Notes: generated from the letters alone by a model not told the origin. DNA of 63,635 nucleotides, filler included, from Octopus bimaculoides (GCF_001194135.2; 3 parts of 3 records of this genome joined end to end with filler, not necessarily neighbours in it); one strand, 5' to 3'; numbered from the whole stretch's first letter, positions 52,071 to 63,401 are shown. Numbers and translations are program-made.

Positions 52071-53452
52071 TAGACATCTGTTTTATAGAATTTTAAAAAT
52101 TATTACATAAGCCTACAAATCAAGTTATTTTTAGCAATATGTCACAAACATATTTTAACTAACCTAAAGTTTTCTTATACCTAAATATTTTTTGATGCTG
52201 ATACAGCTAAATTTCTCTCAACTTGTCCAATAGTGCTCAGTTAATGTTGTTGAATGTATTTCATTAAAAGCTACAGCTTTAAATTTGGCCAGAGCTCTTC
52301 AGTATTTTCCATTGATAACAACTAAAGAGCGAGAAATGCTGCATCTGGGAATCCGATACAGGGCAAAACTGAGCAGGGTTTTTACCATTAGAGAGAATTT
52401 TTATCTCCATGGTAACTACAGTGAATTTGCCTTTAGAAGTTGAAATATGTCACACACATATTTTAACTAACCTAAAGTTTGCTTTTAACAATCTTTATAT
52501 CATACTTAAAGCATGTTTACTGTTGAAAGTCTTCTAAAGCACATTATATTGCCTCAAGAAAGCATCTCTTATAAACATGTCATAGTCTCAAAAAGAAAAA
52601 AACAAATATACCAACAGCAGGTGATGCCACAGCTGGGCAATTTTTGCCTGCTGCTGTTATATTTCAGTGCTCATTGACACTATATGTCTAAGAGATATTT
52701 TCTCAAGATGAATATCACTGTTTAGAAAGCTTTCAGCAATAAATATACTTTAAGTATGATATATAAATCACTAATTTGAAGTAACACTACTTCCGCTGCA
52801 AATAACATATAAGTAATTTTTTTCTTTTTCTACTTTATGTCAGTGACAAGAACTGAAATATGTCTCATTATTATAACTATGAATAATTTCAAAAATCAAT
52901 TTTAAATTTCAAATTTCAAATAAAGTTTCGGCTTAATAAAATTTTCTTTCCAAATGTTTTGATAAATTACTTTGACGATGTTGTTTAAAACAAGTGACTA
53001 AATGTAGCAGCACTCATTCTTCTCCAAAGATGTGCATACAGTTCGTTAACAGAATGCATTTTTTTATTCTTAATTTTCTGAGGAATAGAGCTGAGAAAAC
53101 TGGAATAAAACAGTAGTGAGTTCACCCTGGATATTTGTATTGGGTGTCAACTAGTAAAAAGAAAAAGAAAAAGACCATAAAATCACTCTGCTTGGCCTCA
53201 CCTTTACAATTTAAAAAAATAGAAGTTTTTATGATTTTATTACAAAATCTTGACGATTTTAGAATCTCTTAAAAATGAATTTCATAGAAAAAGATCAAAA
53301 TCTGACTTTTCACTGTTTTCTTTTAAGGTTTAAAATTTAATGGTACTAAAACAAAAAAAAAAGAAAAAGACACAAAGAGAATTAAGACAGATAATTAGAA
53401 GGAGTAAACGGGATACTTAAGTGTTTCTAGATTCAAATGCCTAGTTTCTTAC

Positions 53453-53569
53453 CTTTTGGCTGTTGCATGCTGATTGCCGATAACGGTGCCATTGACATCC
53501 TAAGGAACCAGTTATGCAGAGATGGCAATAATTGTGTTTGTAATATTGAAATTGCATGTGAGTAACCAT
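53453..53569 (-). CDS. GDPD5: GDPD5/GDE2-like first coding exon (CDS part of exon 53453-53651)
   Basis: MVTHMQFQYYKHNYCHLCITGSLGCQWHRYRQSACNSQK|gtaag, colinear with recalled vertebrate MVRHQPLQYYEPQLCLSCLTGIYGCRWKRYQRS. Acceptor ttttttttttcag at 53652. Confidence 0.93.
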
Positions 53570-53600
53570 AGCAACAAGAATGAACTGACAGTAAAAGTAG

Positions 53601-53642
53601 TCAACAGAAGGAAACAACAGATCCACCAACTCTATAAGCCAT
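53601..53642 (-). promoter_or_regulatory. Upstream ORF in the GDPD 5' leader
   Basis: AAACATGG context, MAYRVGGSVVSFC*, out of frame, ending 31 nt before the main ATG. Confidence 0.5.
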
Positions 53643-54473
53643 GTTTCTAGCCTGAAAAAAAAATAAAGAAGAAATTCAGAAATTGGTCAATAATAGAAAT
53701 GGAACAATAATAATTTGATTCATGAAATTAAAATACATTCATAAAATATGGCTTAAATTGTAAACAATATGCTTTACAAAGGTTCGTTGTTTTGTTTGTT
53801 TATCGTTTACAACTGACACAAATTCTGTTGTTGGGATAGTACCAATATGCATATTTCATTCCCAAACATTGTAATACTAGACTAAGTAACAACAATAGTA
53901 ACTCTGTTTATAGTTTTAAGGTTTGTCTTTTGCAAGCATTTGAGATTTTACTTAATGTCTTATAAATACCAATCCTTCACTAAAGCATGCCAAAAATACT
54001 GAAACCACATACTACCACTGTCCTTGCTGCATTTTAACAATACTGGTTAAGGTGATATATGATAGATTTATCCAAAGAAATGAATGAAGTTCTATTGCAG
54101 CCCATTCAAATATTCCTGCTCTGTACAGTATATTGTCCCTTCATCGCTGTATTTTGGCTCACACTGGCTCTCAAGTTAAATTTTAAATCACTGACCTTTT
54201 GTCTGTGTCTGTACCAACCTTATTTAGTGCATCACTGACAAATTCTACAAATTTCTATACATGGCTGACACCAATCAAAGGCATTATCTCAGTGATTGTT
54301 TCATTGATCACCTACTCAATGTTTAAAATAACCCTTAAGCATTCTCCAAACCTATATCTAGATATATCAGTTCACCAAAGAATCTGTAGATCAACTCTCA
54401 GTTTGTGGACTCACATCCTGGCTCACTCTACACCCACAAACACAAAGCGAAATACTCATCTTTACATATGTAC

Positions 54474-54504
<31 letters not shown>

Positions 54505-55519
54505 TGTATGTANNNNNNNNNNCTGGTTAAGGTGATATATGATAGATTTATCCAAAGAAATGAATGAAGTTCCATTGCAGCCCATTCAAATATTCCTGCT
54601 CTGTACAGTATATTGTCCTTTCATCGCTGTATTTTGGCTCACACTGGCTCTCAAGTTAAATTTTAAATCACTGACCTTTTGTCTGTGTCTGTACCAACCT
54701 TATTTAGTACATCACTGACAGATTCTACAAATTTCTATACATGGCTGACACCAATCAAGGTCATTATCACCCACTCAATGTTTACAATAACCCTCAAGCA
54801 TTCTCCAAACCTATGTCTAGATATATCAGTTCACCAAAAAATCTGTTGACCAACTCTCAGTTTGTGGAGTCACATCCTGGCTCACTCTACACCCACAAAC
54901 ACAAAGAGAAACACACTCATCTTTACATATGTACGTACATACATATGTATGTATGTATGTATGTATGTATCTATAGAACAAGCTACCACATAGTTTCTGT
55001 CTACCAAATTAATTCATAGGGTATTGGTCAGCTTCTAGCTACAGTAAAAGATACATGCCTAAAATACCATGCAGTGGGACTGAACCCCAAACCATGTGGT
55101 TACAAAGTGAGCTTCTTAACCACACAGCCATATCCCCACAAAATATGTTGCAATGTTTCATCGCTTTGATTCCAGGAAATGCAGAACAATCCATGAAGCC
55201 TCTGGTAGGCATCAATTGAATTTCAAATGTAAATTTGAAGACATGAGAGACACCAGATTAAACAAGAATGCGACAGGATTTTTTCTTTTTGATGATTATA
55301 CTTATGATCTTTGTAAATCGTCTTGAAACAGATGAAATTATTGCAGTTGATATTCAATTTAAATATATGTCAACAGAAGTCTCTGGTGGAAAATTCAGGC
55401 AGGAAGAGAAATCTAAAGACTTGATGTTTTGGGAGGAAGAATTACATCCATTTAGTACAAGGCCTGGAGAGTGATACAAACTATGGCTGATGAGAGGCAG
55501 GGATGCAGATATGTGAGAG

Positions 55520-56450
55520 GGGTTTGAGTGGGAGTTGTATGGCCTTTACCTTTAGAACAACACTTACCTAATGATTCCTTGTCCCATTTCCTAGCACCAC
55601 ACTTTTCAGACAATTTTTTCAGATGCATAATTACGATTAGGATCATAATTAAAGGCTACACCTTCCCACTGAAATCGTCTGTACTTTATCTGCTGATTTT
55701 CTTTGAAAAGGTTTCTCCTTTTTAGTCGTATTTTTCAATCATTTTCACTCTTTTGTTGTTTATTTATTCTACCTTTCTCTCTCCTTTATTGCAATCGCAT
55801 TTCTTTATCTTTTTTATTTTCTTGTAGGTTTTTATTTCTATAATTTTCCCTCTTTCTCTGAAATCTTATTTCCCTATTTTTATCACTTACTTTTTCTCTT
55901 GTCCTCCTCTCATATTCCCTCATTTTTTGCAACCTAACTTTCCGATAGTTTTTTCTTTCTTCCATAATTTTCATATTAAGGAATTTGAATCCTCATTCTT
56001 TTGTCTTTATAATTGTCTTGTGATGTTTCATTTCCTTCTACATTTCTTTCATATTCATGATTGTTTATGGGAAAGAGAGCATCATAGTGGCCATTGCCAA
56101 GCTCACCACTATATAATACTAAAACCTCCCTTTCTGTAACTTTTTGACTGCAAACGGTGAACAGAGGAAAAATAATTTCATCGTTATTTCTGAGATGAAC
56201 CTTAATTGCAACATTGTACAATTCAATAATGGCAGCTAATTCAATAAAACCGCCGTATGTTCCATCCCTACTCATGTATACTTGGTATTCCTGCATTGTA
56301 CTATTAGGAATCAAAGAACGAAAATACTTCCAATTATTGCATATGTATCGTAGGGACTCTTCTCAAAGAATTTGGGAATTCCTGTTGTTTTTGAGCAAGA
56401 GTGACACAGCTCTGAACATACTGTTACCATCACCCATGACTTTATTAAAG
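55520..56450 (-). pseudogene. Helitron 5' coding remnant: OTU-like protease, K/R/E-rich repeats and Cys-rich Zn region
   Basis: VMGDGNSMFRAVS...*...YMSRDGTYGGFIELAAIIELYNV.I.V...LYSGELGNGHYDAL, then RLQKMREY-type repeats, then WEGVAFNYDPNRNY and KCGARKWDKESLGKCCSKGK. Confidence 0.8.
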
Positions 56451-57061
56451 GACTGAATTAATAAATTAATGTAATTGTTGAATATTTTTCAATAAATTCA
56501 GTAAGGGACTTTATCTTCAGTTGAAACTTTTGATGGTTTTGTGAACAGAACGCGACGGAAAATAACAACACCAAAAGGGATAAGATACTAAATGATAACA
56601 AAATCCCATTTAGAAATCTTTCTTTCAATCTTTGTGATAGATGAATGAGTGATTATAATTTTGTAAATAATAAAAACGAAATTAATAAGGGACTTCACCT
56701 TCAATGTTGACTTGAAACGTCGTCTTCTTGAAAAGAAAAGTGAATTGACTCAAAGTATTTAGCAGACGATAACTTCTTTATCAACTGTTCACAAATGGAA
56801 AAAACGGAATACTTCGGTTATTTCCAGATAATTTCGGTTTAAACGTTGTCAAATACTTGTCTAGAAATTTGTGAGTGTGTGTATATGAGAGAGAGAGAGA
56901 GAGACTAACAAATAGAAAGTGAGAGACAAAGTGAAAGGGAGTGAGAGACAGAGAAAGAGACACGAACGAGAGAGAGATTGAAAGTATACGCGTGTGTATC
57001 TCTGAATGACAACTGTATTAATGTTACTATCCCACTACCATTCCATATCTGTCGTTTACCC

Positions 57062-57322
57062 CAGTGCTACTCAAAGTGGTGATTAGCGGACCGGTGCCGG
57101 TACGCGGCGAGTTTCCAGAAAAGCAAGAAACATTATAAATTGCTTATGTATTATTTGTTTACAAAATAAATACAAGACAAAAAAAAAATTGTCAGCTTTT
57201 ATTATATTCAATGTATATATTGTTTCCGGTATAAATTAATATCGCTAAGAAATATTACCGGTCCCTGGCACATTGGAAAAAAATCTGCCTGTACTTCACA
57301 TCAGATAGTTTGAGAAGCACTG
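57062..57322. mobile_element. hAT MITE
   Basis: TIR cagtgctactcaaa / tttgagaagcactg (13 of 14 match). 8-bp flanks gtttaccc / gcttacac match at 6 of 8. Confidence 0.75.
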
Positions 57323-57739
57323 GCTTACACAACTCTGTCCTCCTTTCCTGATGTCAGTCACACTCTCTATGCTACTACGTTTCCCTTTACACTGTCGCTC
57401 TTGCACCTTTCTCGGATGGGCACCACTTATTTTCTTAACGAAACACTTTCAAACTTGGGACACTGGTAGAATGTGTCATATAAAACATCTTTTACTCTTA
57501 GTGTTATTGAGAAAATTTTATCTTTTTAAAGTTATTTCGTGTTAAAATTGTCGTATTTCGGTAATTCCAACCAATCACTGACGTCTACTGAGGTGAAAAC
57601 AATTACTGCTGCGGAATGTAAACAATAAGTTCTAGCGGTGTAATGGGATCTTTTCCCTTGAATAAAATTAGTGCCGTTGCTTGTCAATAACAACTATCGG
57701 CGGTACTGTTATTTATGACATCATTCGTGCGTTTGTACT

Positions 57740-57975
57740 GGTTTTAGCTTTAGGGTTTTAGGGTTAGGGTTTTAGCTTTAGGGTTTTAGGGTTAGAGTTC
57801 GGGTTTTGTATTTAGGGTTAAGGTTATGAGTATTTTTGCCAAATTTGGTGAAAAATATGTGGCGGTGTATTGAACAGATTTTCACCAAATTTGGCAAAAA
57901 CACTCATAACCTTAACCCTAACCCTAACCCTAACTCTAAAACCATAACCCTAACCCTAAAACCCGAACCCTAACC
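57740..57975. repeat. Telomere-like foldback: (TTAGGG)-like array, 42-bp inverted repeat, (CCCTAA)-like array
   Basis: 57813-57854 is the reverse complement of 57879-57920 with 1 mismatch; 24-nt spacer. Confidence 0.9.
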
Positions 57976-58339
57976 TTGTCTCTACCTTCGAAACGCGAAG
58001 TAGATAAAACAGGGGACAACTGATGAAGGGAATGTTCTTTATTTTGCCTGTCTCGTTTCTCTGTTTGCTTCTTTCGTTGTTCGAAAAAAAGTTCCTTTTC
58101 CATGCCTTTGTTTTTTATGTTCTTGTTTCTCATTTTGTTCCCGTTTTTAATTTTTTTGACGTCCTGTACCCATATACGCATGTATATATGCATATATATG
58201 TAGGCATGTACATGTATGTGTGTATATATGCATATATATNNNNNNNNNNNNNNNNNNNNNNNNNNNNNNNNNNNNNNNNNNNNTTAATTAATTAANNNNN
58301 NNNNNNNNNNNNNNNNNNNNNNNNNNNNNNNNNNNNNNN

Positions 58340-59782
58340 TTTTTTAACGTCGGGGGCTCTCCCCTCCAGTGCCACTCCATTGTCCACCTCTGGCCATCGA
58401 AGGTGGCATGAAAATCCTGGTCTTCAATGGTGTGCACGGCATTGTTTTCTTCGCGGTTCTCACCAATGCACGGCGTCGCGATACACGGTTTCCCCGCGAC
58501 CCCCAAAGTCACACCGGCCTCGTTGACAGTGACACCTCCTAAACGGGTGATTGCATCCATCCCCATCACCACGTCAATCTCATCCACCAAGTGGCCAACT
58601 ACAATTGCTTGCAGCGTCAGCTTTGCTCCCTGCACCTCAATCTGCACGTCAGTAATGCCTTCACAGCGTACTTCTCTCCTGTCGACTGCCCTCACACTGC
58701 TTTCTCCACTCCATGTCTCTACCACTCCCGGAGTCATCAGGGTCATTGTACAGCCTGTGTCCACGACATCTTCTCCTCCACCAGCACCTCAACAACGAGT
58801 AGCNNNNNNNNNNNNNNNNNNNNNNNNNNNNNNNNNNNNNNNNNNNNNNNNNNNNNNNNNNNNNNNNNNNNNNNNNNNNNNNNNNNNNNNNNNNNNNNNN
58901 NNNNNNNNNNNNNNNNNNNNNNNNNNNNNNNNNNNNNNNNNNNNNNNNNNNNNNNNNNNNNNNNNNNNNNNNNNNNNNNNNNNNNNNNNNNNNNNNNNNN
59001 NNNNNNNNNNNNNNNNNNNNNNNNNNNNNNNNNNNNNNNNNNNNNNNNNNNNNNNNNNNNNNNNNNNNNNNNNNNNNNNNNNNNNNNNNNNNNNNNNNNN
59101 NNNNNNNNNNNNNNNNNNNNNNNNNATCTAGTGATTCTCCCTCATACCTCGCCAGTTTAGCCAATCTCCTAAGTTCGTTGGCAAACACATCGACCTGTTC
59201 GCCAGTCCACTTCGCTCTCCCCAGGCGAGCGTACGCCTCAAACATTCCTTCTGCGAAGGCCTCCATCAAGCGGATTTCTATTTTCTCCGCGCTAACTTGG
59301 TCCCTCTCTTCCATCTCTAAAAATAGCACCAACGCCGGACCATCCAAGTACAGTGGTAGAAAGCTTGCCAAGTCGCCTATCCCATGGAGCTTCGCAACCA
59401 GCTTCATCTTTTTTAGCCACGCGACCACGTCCATGTCACTGCAAAATGGTTTAATCATATCGCTCGAAATCTGGACTACACTCATAATTTTCTTTTTATG
59501 GGCCGAAATAGCTTGTGGTGTGATGGAGGAAAAAGACAACAAGAAGCAAAAGGACAGGATGAAACGTTGGACCTTACCTTGTCAACCGCAGCAGAGTAAA
59601 CGATCGCCCCTGATCAAAACACGTCTTTCTCATAAGCTGTCTGTTTTCTGACTGCCCCCACATGCTGGCCTTCGACCGCGTGTGTCCAACTTCCCATCTG
59701 ACCCTTCCGGTCTGGCCCTTCCGGTCTGGCTTCACTTCCGTTTGCCTCATCTCTCTCCACCAACAACACACAGCCCATAACA
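58340..59782 (-). mobile_element. Gypsy-type LTR retrotransposon 5' portion (putative LTR, gag, aspartic protease)
   Basis: gag-like MSVVQISSDMIKPF...AWLKKMKLVAKL...LPLYLDGPAL...FANELRRLAKL, and protease DVVDTGCTMTLM...DVVMGMDAI. A TGTTATGGG start at 59782 suggests the LTR edge. Truncated at a gap. Confidence 0.85.
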
Positions 59783-60393
59783 CCATATATATATATATAT
59801 ATATATATCAATATATATACCATCATCAGGAGAAGAGGTAAGTCAATTACATCAACCCCAGTGCTCAACTGTTACTTATTTTATTGACCCCAAAACAATA
59901 AAAGGAAAAGTCAACTTTGAACTCAGAATGTAAAGACAGACAAAATATCACAAAGCATTTCACCTGGCATGCTAACAATTCTGCCAGATTGCTACCTTAA
60001 AGTTTATAATGAATATTGATGTCATGAACATTTATATTGTATCAATGATGCAATAATTTTTTAATTCCAAATTAGGAAGAACTTCCATTTTAAACAACAC
60101 AAGTTATTAAATGGACTTCAATTGTCACATTAATGGGAACAACTTTTGCTACTTTAAGTTTTAGATCCAGAGATTTCAAGTCTTGCTTTATTTTACTTCA
60201 TGTTTTACATAGCAAAAAAAAGCCAAGAAATCTGAAATAGATTATAAGCTTTCAGACATGGCTGGGTAGTTAAGAAATTTGCTTCACATTTTCAGGTTCA
60301 ATCCCCTTATGCAACACAAGGTAAGTGTCTTCTATCATAGGGTTCAGACAGACTAATAAAATACATTTTGTGTGGGGTTTGGTAGGTCAAAAC

Positions 60394-60983
60394 TATGCAG
60401 AAGACTGTGTGTGTATGCATGTGCATATATACTCTTTTAGTTGTTTCAGTCATTTGACTGCAGCCATGTGAGAGCACCACTTTTAGTCAAAGAATTCAAC
60501 CCCAGGACTTAGTCTTTGTAAGCCTAGCACTTATTCTATGGTCTCTTTTGCCAAACTGCTAAGTTACAAGCACATAAACACACCAGCACCGGTTGTCAAG
60601 TAATGGCAGGAGAACAAGCACACACACACACAAACACACATATACAAACACACACACATAAATACACACACACATACACATATATATGAGTGTATGTGTG
60701 TATGTGTGTGTGTATTTATGTGTGTGTGTTTGTATATGTGTGTTTGTGTGTGTGTGTGCTTGTTCTCCTGCCATTACTTGACAACCGGTGCTGGTGTGTT
60801 TATGTGCTTGTAACTTAGCAGTTTGGCAAAAGAGACCATAGAATAAGTGCTAGGCTTACAAAGACTAAGTCCTGGGGTTGAATTCTTTGACTAAAAGTGG
60901 TGCTCTCACATGGCTGCAGTCAAATGACTGAAACAACTAAAAGAGTATATATGCACATGCATACACACACAGTCTTCTGCATA
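60394..60983. repeat. Perfect palindrome: 287-bp arms, 16-nt loop
   Basis: 60394-60680 is the exact reverse complement of 60697-60983, checked line by line, including the microsatellite lengths. Confidence 0.95.
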
Positions 60984-61290
60984 TATATATATATATATAT
61001 ACATACAATGGGCTTCTTTCTGTTTCTATTGACCAAATCCACTCACAAGGCTTTGGTTGACCTGAGCCTATCTATAGTAAAAAACACTTGTCCAAGGTTC
61101 TACACAGTGGGACTAAACCCAGAACCATGTGGTTGGGAATGAAGCTTCTTACTACACACCCACATCACACCTGGTAGTAAGCCAATTAAATCATTTTCAC
61201 TGTCTCTGGCTACTTGATGTCATCCATGGTATTGATGTAGATGCCACTGGATCTACCTCAGGAATTCCTCAGCGTTTGTCAAGCATATAC

Positions 61291-61737
61291 CAAATGAAAG
61301 AAATAGAAAATGGAATTCATAAGATTCTTTTTTAATCACAACAATCATCTCAACCCATTTGGCATCGATGCCTCACAGGTAGAATACTGTGCAACTGGTT
61401 ATGGTGCATCCTTCGGTGCAGATTTGTTTTATCAGGTGAATTTTCAAAAGGTATTTTACTCAATAAACTCAGTATTGCTCGGTTCAATTATGTATAGCAT
61501 GTTGTTACCACCTACAAGCAAATAATTACATGTTGTATAATCAAACCAAGCGAAACCAAGTTTATTGAGCAAGGTATCTTTTGAAAAGTCACTTGACGAG
61601 ACACACCTGCACTGAAAGATGCACCATAACCAGTTGTATAGTATCTCACCCATGAGGGGCCAAAGCAAGATGGGTCGAAACGATTGATTTGATTAATAAA
61701 GAGTCTCATGAATTCCATTTCCTGTTTCTCTCATTTG
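61291..61737. repeat. Old palindromic element, ~205-bp arms at ~75% identity
   Basis: Arms align without gaps over ~195 nt; a caactggttatggtgcatc core is shared. Confidence 0.85.
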
Positions 61738-61743
61738 TTACAC

Positions 61744-61781
<38 letters not shown>

Positions 61782-62455
61782 GAAAAATATATAAACAAAC
61801 AACATAATGTATACTGAATGTAAAAACAAACATGAGACAAACAGAAAGTTCATAATCCTTCATCAGTTATCAACCAATAGTACTTTTCAGTTTCGCACCT
61901 TTAATGATAAGACTGAATGCTTCCCAATTGGGAAAAAAGTTTTCTTGCGTAGAATTATGAACAAGAGCAAACAAAATAAAACAAAACAAGCAAAATGACA
62001 CAGTGTGATTTAGAATGGTGGACGAGGACAAACAGTTATACATATATATGTAAATATATGTATGTATGTTTGTATGTATGTATGTATGTATGTATGCATG
62101 TATGTATGTATGTATGAAATTGTAATGTTATTATCAGTCCAAGTATGCTTGAGGCACGTCGAACTGGGGAACATGCTACTCACTGTGTTTTGTCCTGGAA
62201 AATATATCCCGTTTGTTGATCAGCTCACAGTAGCTTGTTCTCCAGTTTGAACATGCCTCAAGCATATTCAGACTAATAATAACACTACAATTTTACTTAT
62301 CACTGCTTAGCACTCCCCCTCTGTGATATAAGAGATTATATAAAAACAATAAGACAAGAAATTATGAAATGAAGTTCATTACATAATTTCTTGTTCTATT
62401 GTCATTTATATAATCTCTTATGCTCTGTACTCAACTAACACATTTTTCTGAATCA

Positions 62456-63060
62456 TACGAGGGGGTACCCAAAAGAAACCAGAATTTTGCAATATTATTT
62501 TATTTTGCATGTTTATATTTTTATCGTTTTGAAAGTATTCTTTATTTGAAGCAATGCAGTGGTCTAGATGCATTTTCCACTGCTCGAAGAAGTACTGGAA
62601 CTCTTGCAAAGTGATGCCTTTTAGCACCTCCTTTGTGTTTTTTCTTCACCTCGTCCTCATCTGCAAATTCCATGGCACCAGCTTTTGTCACCAGTGATGA
62701 CCTTTGAATAATGGTCCAGATCAACTTCCAACTGTTCTTTCAGTTCACAACATGCATTCAGTCATGACTGCTTTTGAACTTCTGTGAGCAAGCGAAGCAC
62801 AAATTTTGCAGCAACGTTTTTCATTTGCAGTTCCTCACTCAAAATTTGTTGGCAGGAGCTCCAGGACACACCAGTCACATCAACAAATTCATCAATTGTT
62901 CAGTAACGGTTATCCAATATCAGTTCATGAATTTTCATGATGTTTAATATTCATTCAGGAGGTCAACAGACACCCTGAACGAGGTTGGTCTTCTAGCGAC
63001 AAGTGACCATTCCTAAAACATGAAAACCACTTTTAAACTTGTGTTTTGCTCATAGTAGCA
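62456..63060 (-). mobile_element. Internally deleted mariner element
   Basis: TIR tacgagggggtacccaaaag. DLDHYSKVITGDKSW is fused to EFADEDEVKKK...LKGITLQEFQYFFEQWKMHLDHCIASNKEYF. Confidence 0.8.
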
Positions 63061-63327
63061 TCCTTGTAAGCTGTTTGAAGCATAACAACAAAAAGAAGAG
63101 AAGCACTACAAAACAAAGATGCACCATGTTGTAGAACAACTTCACTAGATGACACCACTTGGCATAGTGATGCTTGAGGGTCACATCAAGTCGCTTCTAG
63201 CAGTGGAAACCTGAACTACAATGGACTTGTCCCACAGAGAACATTTCCAGTTACTTTTGGGTACTGCCTCATATGGACAATTAGGTCTAACACCAAGTTA
63301 TTAGTATTATCTAAGTGAAATATTAAG

Positions 63328-63328
63328 A

Positions 63329-63368
<40 letters not shown>

Positions 63369-63369
63369 T

Positions 63370-63401
<32 letters not shown>

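Noticed and set aside
57985-58040. GAAA-CGCG...CTGATGA as a permuted hammerhead
   Set aside because: No NUH after CGCG and no stem I pairing.
61310-61718. Pair of paralogous small protein genes
   Set aside because: The similarity comes from the DNA palindrome; substitutions are mostly non-synonymous.
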